Below are positions 10,291-19,725 of a DNA stretch of 64,000 nucleotides, piece after piece. How positions within the stretch are numbered: the stretch's first letter is position 1; the number at the start of each line of letters is the position of its first letter. The DNA is taken from assembly GCA_963835065.1 (NCBI GenBank), contig CAWIEK010000046.1, positions 32,001-96,000 on the forward strand. Direction: 5' to 3'. The position numbers and the translations under genes are program-made. Under the pieces are notes generated by a model. The model did no database searches. It was not told where the DNA came from and saw only the letters and a list, made by a program, of their open reading frames with translations. The DNA comes from an uncultured Chthonomonadaceae bacterium. Lineage in GTDB: Bacteria; Armatimonadota; Chthonomonadetes; Chthonomonadales; Chthonomonadaceae.

Positions 10291-10523
10291 GGTCTCTTAT
10301 TATTGTATTGGTCTTAGATCCGGTACGCGCCAACCTGCAAACATGGTTAAGAACATAGCGAAACCATTCCGCAAACGAACAGGTAATATTTTCAGGAGAC
10401 AGGCATCAGGCGGGGTACGAATTGTCGTTTACACCGAAGTTTTGGGCGAAGCCAGAGCTGTGCCACATTGTATGCTTGCGCTTATCGTCAGGGCGAAATG
10501 TTCTCTCGTTGAAGGAAAAACTC

Positions 10524-11366
10524 ATGTCAGAGGAAGAACTTAAGTCGCAGGAGATAAATAAGGAAAAGCTCATGTCGCCGGTTGAACATCAGGACTGGGA
10601 AAAAGCGTTTAGAATGATTGAGCTAGAGAACAATCTGGCAAATCACCGATTTACGGCGTTGCTCACTGTACAAGGGTTGTTGTTCGCCGCATTTGTTGGG
10701 GGAGTGAAGGTCTTACTTGACCTTGTAAATGCTTCCAGTCCTAAGTCACCTCTAAATCACATTTCTGTGATACTATGTGTGCTTGTCATCGTGTGCTTGG
10801 TAGGAATTGCCTCTGCATATCATGTATTTTTTGGATTAGAGGCAGCCTACCGACAGGTTCAGACAAGCGCTAAGTGGCTTGCGAACATTCAAAAATGTGA
10901 AGACGGCTACAAAAAGAATTGCCCATATCTGCCGATTACTGGCAAGGCGCGAACGGAAGAATACGATGTTAAATACAAATTCGACGAAGAACCTTATATT
11001 AATTCCTTAGAAGTTGGTATGATCCAAGTGCCGTTTCTTCTTAGATCGGTTTGGGTGGTTTTTCTGTTGCTTGTGGATTTTTGGGGCGTTGTGATTCTTT
11101 GCAATTATGGGGGGCTATCCGTAGCTACTTGGGCAATTGTCGCCTGCGCCATTGTGTGCTATCTCATATATTATGCGGTAAAGGAAACGTCACATCCTCG
11201 CGGCGTACTAAAAGCGGCAAGAGAGATTGTTGCCAACTTACCCTGTGATAAGTGTGCGATGTTCAGTTTATATACGGGATTGATAAATCAATTGCCTAGC
11301 AAATATAAACTTATTCACCCAAAAAAAATCCTATTCACTGCCTCTCACAACCCTTACTGCGCCTGA
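10524..11366 (+). CDS. Hypothetical multi-pass membrane protein (AT-rich, likely acquired)
   Basis: Long ORF in visibly AT-rich DNA with about 4 hydrophobic segments; AAGGA RBS. Confidence 0.7.
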   Translation: MSEEELKSQEINKEKLMSPVEHQDWEKAFRMIELENNLANHRFTALLTVQGLLFAAFVGGVKVLLDLVNASSPKSPLNHISVILCVLVIVCLVGIASAYHVFFGLEAAYRQVQTSAKWLANIQKCEDGYKKNCPYLPITGKARTEEYDVKYKFDEEPYINSLEVGMIQVPFLLRSVWVVFLLLVDFWGVVILCNYGGLSVATWAIVACAIVCYLIYYAVKETSHPRGVLKAAREIVANLPCDKCAMFSLYTGLINQLPSKYKLIHPKKILFTASHNPYCA

Positions 11367-11550
11367 ACTACAGCATTTTATTATTGATAACTGTGTTTTA
11401 TTATCCAATCCTCAGAACTGCCTACTAATAAGCCTCGACGAGACCGGAAACGTCCATATTGAATTCATTAAGATCCATGTAACTGGAATTAAAGTTACGC
11501 CTTCATACTTCTGGAAGCGCGCATGTCTGCGCTTGAAGGAGGTACGCATC

Positions 11551-12000
11551 GTGAAAACAACACAAGTAACCCCGGACATGAAGATTCTTGACATCTTGCC
11601 CGGTGAAGCGCCTGCTGTCCTGCTTGGTAAAGAAATCGCTTTCAACGGCGGCAAACGCCTGTTTACGCAAAAAGTAGCCGTAACGGACACTGTCTTATTT
11701 CAACGGCTGTGTAAAGAAGTACATGTTGGCGACACGAAACAGAAGTGTGAGAAAGCACATGTTGGCGACATGATAAAAGCGACGGTTGTCACCGACTGGC
11801 GCAGCGATCACTACACCACGCGCTTAGAGACTTTCGAGAAAATCAGTGTTCCGGTCTCAGTTCCACCGACCCCAAGCGGGGGCACGGACGTTGCACAGCA
11901 TAGCGATACGAGCAGTACTGAGAACCCTCAACCCTCAACTCTCAACCCTCAACCAGAAACACCGGCCTGCACCACGCGCCCGAATGTCCCTTCAAATTGA
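11551..12000 (+). CDS. Hypothetical protein (beta-rich)
   Basis: AAGGAGG RBS before GTG 11551; internal duplication CKEVHVGDT/CEKAHVGDM; C-terminus built from 7-mer repeats. Confidence 0.6.
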   Translation: MKTTQVTPDMKILDILPGEAPAVLLGKEIAFNGGKRLFTQKVAVTDTVLFQRLCKEVHVGDTKQKCEKAHVGDMIKATVVTDWRSDHYTTRLETFEKISVPVSVPPTPSGGTDVAQHSDTSSTENPQPSTLNPQPETPACTTRPNVPSN

Positions 12001-12601
12001 TGGGCAACGCCATGAACGTTTGCGGCAGGGGCAGGGCGTAGGCTTCGGGCGGAAAGCGCAGTTCTTCCACAATCCAGATACCCTGTCCGAGCAGAATCGT
12101 GTGTACAATTGCATCGTTCTCCTTGTCCCAGCCGCCGATGCCCCAATGGTCAACCCCCAATCCGCGTATCTTGCGTTCGGCCAGCCAATGCGCGGCTTCG
12201 GGCGTCAGTTTGGCCGATTGGTACAGCCATGTATCGGTTCGCTCGCGTATGTCGCCCCATCCCGTCGCCATGAGAACGATGCTGTCGGGCGGAAGCGGGT
12301 CAGGCAAGGCGGCGGACAGGCGTTCGGGCGTAATCCGCGCGAACGGTTCTAAGGGGCGCAGGTCAGCAATAAAGGCCGCGCCGACGAAACTTTCCAGCGG
12401 CAGCATGTCTATGGACGCGCCTCCCGCGATTTTGTGCAGGGGCGCGTCCAAATGGCTGCCCGTGTGGCTGGCAAGCGTCAGGGTTTCCCAATGCCATTCG
12501 GCCCGTTCGTGATCGGAAGAAACTTCCGAACGTACCGGCGGATGGGCAGGACAATTCGGTCCCGCGTCGAAAATAGGCTGTGATAAATCTATAAAGCGCA
12601 T
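11942..12601 (-). CDS. Cyclase family / kynurenine formamidase-like metallohydrolase
   Basis: FIDLSQPI, HTGSHLDAPLH, GLGVDH, IWIVEEL. Confidence 0.9.
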   Translation of the reverse strand: MRFIDLSQPIFDAGPNCPAHPPVRSEVSSDHERAEWHWETLTLASHTGSHLDAPLHKIAGGASIDMLPLESFVGAAFIADLRPLEPFARITPERLSAALPDPLPPDSIVLMATGWGDIRERTDTWLYQSAKLTPEAAHWLAERKIRGLGVDHWGIGGWDKENDAIVHTILLGQGIWIVEELRFPPEAYALPLPQTFMALPINLKGHSGAWCRPVFLVEG

Positions 12602-12630
12602 GGCAGTGGATTCCAATCTCACTTCATCTT

Positions 12631-13194
12631 ATGTCTTCAAAATACACCTTCCACTTCAACGACAACAGCAAAATCGTGCAGGAGCGGCGCGGTGGCGAAT
12701 CGGAACGGCACATCGTTCTCAAATTGCTCGGATACCTGTTATACTATGGGCACGGCGAACAGCGTCCGCAAATCGAAGTGCGCGTTACGAACGACAAGCG
12801 GGATTATCGCCCGGATGTGGTCGCGTTTGACGCTGAAGGTGCGATTACGCTATGGATAGACTGCGGCCAGATCACGCTCCAAAAAGTGGATGATCTAACC
12901 CGGCGCTTGCCACACGCCGCCCTTGTGGTAATCAAAACCACGTGCCGCGAAATGGAAGGCTACGCTTTGCAGGCCGCGAAAAAGGTGAAGCGCAGCGCAA
13001 ACGTTGTGTTTTTGGGCTTCGACCCTGAGTTTGTGCCGGCCCTGATTGGCGGTTTGGGACACAACAACCAATTGCAATGGCAGCGGGATGGCGAACGGTT
13101 GCGCGTAACCCTGAACGGAACCGAGTACGCGACAACCCTATGGCGTTGGGACAGCGAACAAAGCCGCGCCATGCCGGATGTTTCGACTTCGTGA
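12631..13194 (+). CDS. YaeQ family protein
   Basis: ESERHIVLKLL, RPDVV...LWIDCG PD-(D/E)xK-like pattern. Confidence 0.7.
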   Translation: MSSKYTFHFNDNSKIVQERRGGESERHIVLKLLGYLLYYGHGEQRPQIEVRVTNDKRDYRPDVVAFDAEGAITLWIDCGQITLQKVDDLTRRLPHAALVVIKTTCREMEGYALQAAKKVKRSANVVFLGFDPEFVPALIGGLGHNNQLQWQRDGERLRVTLNGTEYATTLWRWDSEQSRAMPDVSTS

Positions 13195-13235
13195 GGCTTC
13201 ATTCCTCTTATTTGGATGTGATTAAGGAACCCTGC

Positions 13236-15506
13236 GTGAACTGGAAAAGCATACGCCTGATTTTGTCAGGAAGCCTTGCATTGAGCATGACGGGCGCGCG
13301 GATTGGCGCGAGTGAAACGGAACGCGCCGCGCTGCTTCAGGACGTGAGCAAACTGATCGCGCCGGGGTGTATTCCCGGTGATTTTGCCGTGTTTGGCGAC
13401 AATGCGTTTGTCGTGCTGACCGGCAGGCAGGGCAAAACGCGCCTGCCCATGCTTGCCGCCACGCGCTACGGAATCGGACGGGCTGCTGCCGTTGGACACG
13501 AAGGTTTTTTCAGCGCGGATGCTCTTGAAAACCCGGACAACGCGCATCTGGCGCGTAATCTGGCGCTGTGGGCGGGGCAAAAGCCGCTTGCCGGATTGCG
13601 CATTGGCCTGCATGATCAAAGCGACGGCCTGCGAAACGCGCTGTCCGCGTTGGGCTGCAAGGTTACGGTGCTTCAAGCCGAAAACCTGCCCGCGAAATTG
13701 AACGCGCTTGACGTGCTGTGGCTCAATCAAACCAGTCTGGAAGGAACGGGTGGACAGGGGAAGGCGGACACCGGGCAGGCAAAAATTAACGCGGTGCGGC
13801 AGTGGGTTCGCGGGGGCGGGGGATTGATTGTGGACGGGCCGGCGTGGGGCTGGCAAATGACGCATCCCGGACTGTTGCTGCCCCGCGACCACAGTGCCAA
13901 CACATTGCTTGCGCCGATGGGGATTGTGTTCGCGCCCGCCATGCTGGACGCCAACAACTCGCAAAACTTCACGCCCGATCCCAACAGCAGTGAACTGACG
14001 CAGGTAAACCGCGCCCTGACCGCGTTGGAACAGGTAGGCGAACGCCGCCGAACCCTGACCGGCCCGGAATTGGAGCAGGTCACGACAACCTTGAGCGAAG
14101 CCGTCAGCGCCCTGCCCGAAACCCAACAGGCGTTGGTGCAGCGCATTGAAACCCTGTGCAGGGACAAAGCCGACAACGCCACTCCCACGCGGGAAACGCC
14201 GATTACCACATCCCTGCCGTTCGCCCGCTTGCAGGCCGTGCTGGACGCGCAAACCTTCCGTCGCCTGCCGCCCGAAAAGGTTACGGCGCATCCGTCCTCG
14301 GCCTCGTTTCCCGGCGCGGTTCCTGCAAATGCCAAACGCGAAACCCGTACCGTCACCCTTGATATGCGGCAGACGGGATGGCATGGCACAGGCCTGTACG
14401 CCGCGCCCGGAGAAGTGATTACCCTGCGAATACCGCAAAACGCCGTGAAGCGCGGCCTGTCCGTGCAGATTGGCGAACATACGGACACACTCTGGAACCT
14501 CCCGAAATGGGAGCGTTTTCCCGAAGTAACGATGCAGCGCCCACTCAATGCCGAAGAAGTTCGGGTTGCCAGTCCGTTCGGCGGCACGATTTTCATAGCC
14601 GCGCCGTTTCGTCCCGCATCCGGCGAAATTGCCGTGACGGTTGCCAACGCCGTTGCCGCGCCCCGCTTTGTGCGTGGCGTGACGAGTTTGACGGAATGGA
14701 AGAACAGCCTGCGCAACGCCCCCGGCCCATGGGCGGAACTTGTCGGCAAACTGGTGGTTCTGTCTGTGCCGTCTTCTGCCGTGCGCGATCTAGACGATCC
14801 CGAAGCATTAATGGCCTATTGGGATGAGATGATGGAGCGCTGCTATGCGTTTTACGCCGCGCCCAAGCGCAACCGCCCCGAACGCTACTGCGTGGACAGG
14901 CAAATCAGCGCGGGCTACATGCACTCCGGCTATCCGATTATGACGGGCGATGATGTGGCGCGTACCTTTTGCGATCTCACTCTCCTGCGCGGCAATGAGG
15001 GTATCAAGTGCTGGGGCTTTTACCATGAAATGGGGCACAATTTCCAGCAGCCGGAATGGACGTGGAGCGCGTTCGGGGAAGTGACCAACAACCTGTTTTC
15101 GCTGTACGGCGCGGAAACGCTTAACGGCGTTAAAATCGGCGCACACCCCGCCATGACGCAGGCCGCAATAGACAAGCGCATACAGGCCGTTGCCACCGAT
15201 CCCGGCAAGGCAAAGTATTACGAGCGCGACCCGTGGTATCCGCTCACGATGTTCTGGCTGCTGCGGCAGGAATTCGGCTGGGAACCGTTCACCAAGCTGT
15301 TCGCGGAGTTTCGCGCTCTGCCGCGCAGCGAACGCCCGCGTACCGAACAGGAAAAGCACGACCAGTTTCTCATCCGCTTTTCCAGCCTGACCGGGCGCAA
15401 TCTAAGCGAGTATCTGGCCGCATGGGGCGTAGAACTATCCCCCAACGCCCGCCAATCCGTCGCCAATTTGCCCACATGGATGCCGCCCGCCATGACCACG
15501 CGCTAA
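13236..15506 (+). CDS. M60-like (enhancin/TCAF) zinc metallopeptidase, secreted
   Basis: TGLYAAPGE, SPFGG, PWAEL, GYMHSGYP, WGFYHEMGHNFQ...EVTNN gluzincin motif; signal-like N-terminus. Confidence 0.9.
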   Translation: MNWKSIRLILSGSLALSMTGARIGASETERAALLQDVSKLIAPGCIPGDFAVFGDNAFVVLTGRQGKTRLPMLAATRYGIGRAAAVGHEGFFSADALENPDNAHLARNLALWAGQKPLAGLRIGLHDQSDGLRNALSALGCKVTVLQAENLPAKLNALDVLWLNQTSLEGTGGQGKADTGQAKINAVRQWVRGGGGLIVDGPAWGWQMTHPGLLLPRDHSANTLLAPMGIVFAPAMLDANNSQNFTPDPNSSELTQVNRALTALEQVGERRRTLTGPELEQVTTTLSEAVSALPETQQALVQRIETLCRDKADNATPTRETPITTSLPFARLQAVLDAQTFRRLPPEKVTAHPSSASFPGAVPANAKRETRTVTLDMRQTGWHGTGLYAAPGEVITLRIPQNAVKRGLSVQIGEHTDTLWNLPKWERFPEVTMQRPLNAEEVRVASPFGGTIFIAAPFRPASGEIAVTVANAVAAPRFVRGVTSLTEWKNSLRNAPGPWAELVGKLVVLSVPSSAVRDLDDPEALMAYWDEMMERCYAFYAAPKRNRPERYCVDRQISAGYMHSGYPIMTGDDVARTFCDLTLLRGNEGIKCWGFYHEMGHNFQQPEWTWSAFGEVTNNLFSLYGAETLNGVKIGAHPAMTQAAIDKRIQAVATDPGKAKYYERDPWYPLTMFWLLRQEFGWEPFTKLFAEFRALPRSERPRTEQEKHDQFLIRFSSLTGRNLSEYLAAWGVELSPNARQSVANLPTWMPPAMTTR

Positions 15507-15518
15507 AATTACAGTAAC

Positions 15519-15674
15519 TTTTCACCACCAAGACGCCAAGAACACCAAGATAATACAGGCCATTCAAAAGGCTTAGACATGGAAGACAGGTTCGTTCTCT
15601 CCTGCAATTTCACAACGTCTTTCCTCTCGTTCTTCTCGTTCTTCTTGGTGGTCTTGGTGTCTTGGTGGTGAAAA
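15519..15674. repeat. 9-mer-based intergenic palindrome
   Basis: ttttcaccaccaagacgccaagaacaccaag / cttggtggtcttggtgtcttggtggtgaaaa. Confidence 0.85.
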
Positions 15675-15708
15675 ACTACAAATTACATTACGAAGGGCAG
15701 TACGTATC

Positions 15709-16722
15709 ATGCGTTTAGTTCAAATACAACACGCTGCACAGGGACGACGGATTGCGCAAGTAGAAGACAATCAACTGCGCCTGCTCAATGACTATGCTTC
15801 CCTGTACGCCTGCGCCCTGGCCGCGCTAAGTCAGAAGGAACGGCTTGTCACTGTTATCGAGCGCGTCGTTACCGGGGAAGCCGTTAATTACGACGCGGTT
15901 TACGCCGGACAATCGGAATGGAAACTGCTGCCCGCGTTCGATCACCCCGAAGAACCCGCCCGCTGCCTCGTCAGCGGCACAGGACTGACGCACCGCAAAA
16001 GCGCCGACAACCGCAACCGGATGCACCAATCGGAAACCGCGCAGGCCGCGCCCGTCACCGACAGTATGCGGATATACGAATGGGGATTGCAGGGCGGGCG
16101 TCCCGCGCCAGGTGAAATCGGCGCGCAGCCCGAATGGTTTTACAAAGGCAACGGCGCAATTTTGCGGGCGCATGGCGAACCATTGGACGTGCCCCCGTTT
16201 GCCGATGATGGCGGCGAGGAAGCCGAAATTGCCGGGTTGTACATTGTGGACGCGCAAGAAACGCCCCGGCGCATCGGCTTTGCGCAGGGCAACGAGTTTT
16301 CCGATCACGAAATGGAATCCAAAAACTACCTGTACCTCGCGCCCTCCAAACTGCGAACCTGCGCGCTCGGCCCGGAAGCCGTGATTGGGGAAGCATTTGA
16401 CGATGCGCGCGGTACGGCAAGCCTGCTCCGCGATAAAGAAACCTTGTGGTCCCAAAACATTGCCAGCGGCGACGCCAACATGGTGCATACCCTCGCCAAC
16501 CTGGAGCATCACCATTTCAAATACGACGCGCACCGCCGCCCCGGCGACGCGCACGTTCACTTTTTCGGCACGGGCGGCTTCAGTTTCGGCAGCGGCATCC
16601 GGCTGGAAAATGGCGATGACATGGTGGTAACGTTTGAAGGCTATGGCCGCCCCCTCCGCAACCCAATTCACATTGCTTCCAAACCGGCAACATTGCTTTC
16701 CATTCAATCAACTATAACCTGA
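15709..16722 (+). CDS. AraD1/GguC family FAH-superfamily protein (pentose oxidation)
   Basis: VSGTGLTH, AQPEWFYKGNG, DGGEEAE, GNEFSDH, NYLYLAPSKLR, LEHHHFKY. Confidence 0.88.
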   Translation: MRLVQIQHAAQGRRIAQVEDNQLRLLNDYASLYACALAALSQKERLVTVIERVVTGEAVNYDAVYAGQSEWKLLPAFDHPEEPARCLVSGTGLTHRKSADNRNRMHQSETAQAAPVTDSMRIYEWGLQGGRPAPGEIGAQPEWFYKGNGAILRAHGEPLDVPPFADDGGEEAEIAGLYIVDAQETPRRIGFAQGNEFSDHEMESKNYLYLAPSKLRTCALGPEAVIGEAFDDARGTASLLRDKETLWSQNIASGDANMVHTLANLEHHHFKYDAHRRPGDAHVHFFGTGGFSFGSGIRLENGDDMVVTFEGYGRPLRNPIHIASKPATLLSIQSTIT

Positions 16723-16732
16723 ATTACAAACC

Positions 16733-16933
16733 TCACCGCCCACTGCCAATATTTTGCCATCGCTTGTTCCACATCCTGTGCCATGCAGGTTCGGCAAAAC
16801 GGTACGCGCCAATCAGGTAAAGCAGGAAGATCAGCCCTGCGATTGCGGCCACAATCCAAAACGCGCGCTCACCATTCATAACGCGGCTGCTTACAACGTT
16901 CGGCGGCTCCTGTTCCTGCGATTCCGGCTTCAT
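16733..16933 (-). CDS. Small hypothetical membrane protein
   Basis: AGGAAGG RBS before MKPESQEQ; one TM helix. Confidence 0.45.
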   Translation of the reverse strand: MKPESQEQEPPNVVSSRVMNGERAFWIVAAIAGLIFLLYLIGAYRFAEPAWHRMWNKRWQNIGSGR

Positions 16934-16965
16934 TTGCTTGGGGTTCCCTTCCTGCCTTCCGACTA

Positions 16966-17175
16966 TCAAATCTTGCGCAGAAACAGGTAGTAAGCGCCCG
17001 CGCATACCAGCAGCAAGCCCGTCAATAGGCCTGCGGATTGCCCTTGTTGATAGGTTTGCGTGGCTGCAGGCAGGCTGTTTCCAAACACACTGCGCAGCAG
17101 CAGCAAACTGCCCCATATCAGCGCGGCCCAAGCCATTATACGCCGACTCTTCGATCCTTTGGGTTCGTCCATCAT
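16966..17175 (-). CDS. Small hypothetical membrane protein
   Basis: GGAAGGAG RBS; two TM helices. Confidence 0.55.
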   Translation of the reverse strand: MMDEPKGSKSRRIMAWAALIWGSLLLLRSVFGNSLPAATQTYQQGQSAGLLTGLLLVCAGAYYLFLRKI

Positions 17176-17244
17176 TCGTCTCCTTCCATCTTACTTCCTA
17201 CAGAAAAATAAACAAAAATAAAACGTCAGCCAACGCAAAAAAGC

Positions 17245-17273
17245 GAACCTTTTGCCCCACACATCCTGTCTAA
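17245..17273 (+). promoter_or_regulatory. ECF-sigma-type promoter (copy 1)
   Basis: GAACCT-17 nt-GTCTAA, conserved with GAAACT-16 nt-GTCTAA at 37332-37305 while the surrounding sequence diverges. Confidence 0.6.
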
Positions 17274-17279
17274 TAGTAG

Positions 17280-17532
17280 TATAATGTCTGCTATACAGAC
17301 AAGAAGGCTGAACGTTGGCAGTTCCTCTCAACTCTCAACCTAACAACTAACAACCTAAAACCCTAAAACCCTAACCCAGAAGGGAGGCGCAAGAAGATGC
17401 CTGTCCACACCCGCCCGCCCTGACGCTGCTGAGGTCACGACGCCTCTCTCCTACAACTTGACACAACGAGACATCGGGCTGGAAGCGCTGCATTGCCAAG
17501 ATTTCGACGATGCCTCTACATACTCTTTTTTC
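17280..17532 (+). ncRNA. Candidate sRNA / micro-ORF transcript, copy 1 (MPVHTRPP-UGA at 17397-17423)
   Basis: 107-nt core 17416-17522 matches the reverse complement of 37081-37187 with 8 mismatches; SD GGGAGG; ends in a U-rich tract. Confidence 0.55.
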
Positions 17533-17578
17533 TACCTAACCGTTTCCCAACGTTTGCAGGACTTTCCACTGCCAGAGG

Positions 17579-19636
17579 TCAGGCTTCTTGCGGTTGAGAC
17601 GGCGCGCTGTTTTGAATCGCGGACAGCATCACTTCGGCTACGTCAAGAACGGGCGGAGCAGACTCGCCTGCTACTTGCGCAAGACTGTCGCCTACCATCA
17701 CTTTGCAGAACGGGCAGCCTACCGCAACCGTTTTCGCGCCCGTCGCTACAATCTCTTCCGCGCGGTTTTTGCCGGGGCGTTGATTGGCCGGTTCTTCCAT
17801 CCACATCCGCCCGCCGCCCGCGCCGCAGCAGAAGGTTTTGCTTTCCCGCCGTTCCAATTCTACAAGCGGGATTACGGACGCGCCATTGAGAAGTTTGCGC
17901 GGCGCGGCAGTTTCGCCGTTCACGCGCGCCAGAAAGCACGGATCGTGGTATGTTACCGTATCCTCATAGGCTGCGGGCAGTTTCAATTTCCCGGCTTCAA
18001 CCAACGCCTGCAAATACTGCGTGTGGTGCATCACATCGTAATTGCCGCCGAACTGCGGGTACTCGTTTTTAAGTGTGTGGAAGCAATGCGGGCAGGAAGT
18101 GACCACCTGTTTTGCCCCAATGCCGTCTAGCGTGGCGATGTTAGCTTCGGCAAGCTGCTGAAACAAGAACTCGTCGCCCGTCCGCCGCGCCGGGTCGCCG
18201 GTACAGCGCTCTTTCGGGCCAAGTATCGTAAATTTGACGCCCGCCTGCTGCAACAATTGTGCCAAAGCGCGTATTGTTTTCTGCGCCCGCGCATCAAACG
18301 CGCCCGCGCAGCCCACCCACAACAACACTTCGCGCTCGTCCGCAGCCGACGCCGTTTGCACATCAAGATTTTTCGCCCAATCCAAACGCTGCGACGCGGG
18401 CAATCCCCACGGGTTTTCCCTGCTGCCCAACTGCCGCAGCATGGTTGCCGCGCTGCCGGACAAGCGCCCTTCCGCCACCCGGAACCGCCGGATGCCGTCC
18501 AGAATATCCACGTGCCGAATCAGCGCGGGACATTCGCGGACACAGGCGTGGCAATTGGTACAGGCCCACAAGGATTCATCGGAGATTATGTCCGTAGACG
18601 GGCTATTGACAACCGAAACGCCCTCCGCCTGCGCCTGCGCGTCGGCTTCCAGCGCTTGCGGCGACTTTTCGCCCATCATGCGGCGCAAATCCAGCACCAC
18701 TTGCTTCGGATTGAGTTCCTTGCCGACGGCGTTTGCGGGGCATACATCGGTACACCGCCCGCACTCCATGCAGGCATCCAAACTCATCAATTGCCATCTG
18801 TCCATATCGGCAATCGCGCCCAAGCCGATACGCCCGGTTTCCTCCACCTGCGCCATTGCTACGGGTTCCAGTACGCCCATCGGACGCTCCGGCTGAAACG
18901 CGATGCTCAGGGGCGCGACAAACAGATGCAGCCAGCGTCCATACGGCAGCGCGGCAATCACGCCCAAAACAAGCGGCGCGTGAAGCCACCACAGCAGGGC
19001 ATAGTTCGTCGGCGACAACCAATGCAGCGCGTGGTAAGAACGGGCAAACACAGCGCCGACAGGAGAAAAGGCCATATAGGGAGCGCGAGTCGGGTCGGCT
19101 TCCAGTCCCGCGCCTTCCAGCATAAAACCGCTGACAGTTGCGGCCAGCAGCAAGGCCAGAAAAGCGTCGTCCTTCCAAGAGTGGTTCAGGTTGGGAGAAT
19201 GCGGACTGTGCCGCCGAACCAATGCCATCACGGTTCCCACAATCAGCCCCAACCCGAAAACATCCATACTCAACTTGCACAGCAGATAAAACCAGCCCCG
19301 GTACAGCCAGTGTTCGCCAAAAACAAATGCGCCATAGTGTTCAAGGCTGACGATATTCGTGCCGATGAACAATACCAACATGCCAAAAAAGATCAGGGCG
19401 TGAAACCAGCCCGCCACCTTGCGCCGCCGCGTCCGCCGGTGCGCAACCGCTTGGTCAAACAAGGTTCGCAGGCGTCCGGGCCAGTCCTGCATTTTGGGAA
19501 CCGGCTGTCCCTGCCGCCACAAAATCACCCGCCGCAAAACGCCCCACGCGCAAACCGCCAGCGCAATCACCGCCAGCGCGTAAAACGCGATTTGCTGCGC
19601 CCCCGAAATATGAAAAAAGATCGTTCGTGTTGCCAT
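17579..19636 (-). CDS. Membrane-bound Fe-S oxidoreductase (FadF/GlpC/HdrD-like; ETF partner)
   Basis: N-terminal TMs, CMECGRCTDVCP and CTNCHACVRECP ferredoxin motifs, CCG domains (YHDPCFL, CCGAGGG). Confidence 0.92.
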   Translation of the reverse strand: MATRTIFFHISGAQQIAFYALAVIALAVCAWGVLRRVILWRQGQPVPKMQDWPGRLRTLFDQAVAHRRTRRRKVAGWFHALIFFGMLVLFIGTNIVSLEHYGAFVFGEHWLYRGWFYLLCKLSMDVFGLGLIVGTVMALVRRHSPHSPNLNHSWKDDAFLALLLAATVSGFMLEGAGLEADPTRAPYMAFSPVGAVFARSYHALHWLSPTNYALLWWLHAPLVLGVIAALPYGRWLHLFVAPLSIAFQPERPMGVLEPVAMAQVEETGRIGLGAIADMDRWQLMSLDACMECGRCTDVCPANAVGKELNPKQVVLDLRRMMGEKSPQALEADAQAQAEGVSVVNSPSTDIISDESLWACTNCHACVRECPALIRHVDILDGIRRFRVAEGRLSGSAATMLRQLGSRENPWGLPASQRLDWAKNLDVQTASAADEREVLLWVGCAGAFDARAQKTIRALAQLLQQAGVKFTILGPKERCTGDPARRTGDEFLFQQLAEANIATLDGIGAKQVVTSCPHCFHTLKNEYPQFGGNYDVMHHTQYLQALVEAGKLKLPAAYEDTVTYHDPCFLARVNGETAAPRKLLNGASVIPLVELERRESKTFCCGAGGGRMWMEEPANQRPGKNRAEEIVATGAKTVAVGCPFCKVMVGDSLAQVAGESAPPVLDVAEVMLSAIQNSAPSQPQEA

Positions 19637-19725
19637 AGCAGATGTAGGTGTCAGGTATCAGGTATCAGGTATCAGATTGGTAGCTTGTGGCTGACACCTG
19701 ACACCTGACACCTGAAACCTGCATT

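Noticed and set aside
17354..17377. CCCTAAAA repeats resembling telomeric repeats (also ~35730)
   Set aside because: Only 2-3 copies, and they belong to the genome-wide 7/8-mer repeat family.
17458..17889. ORF-track proteins 17458-17889 (+) and 36978-37265 (-) sharing TQRDIGLxALxCQDFDD
   Set aside because: Nearly all differences between the copies are non-synonymous in this frame, starts are not conserved, and the SD points to a different frame. The similarity is better explained at nucleotide level.
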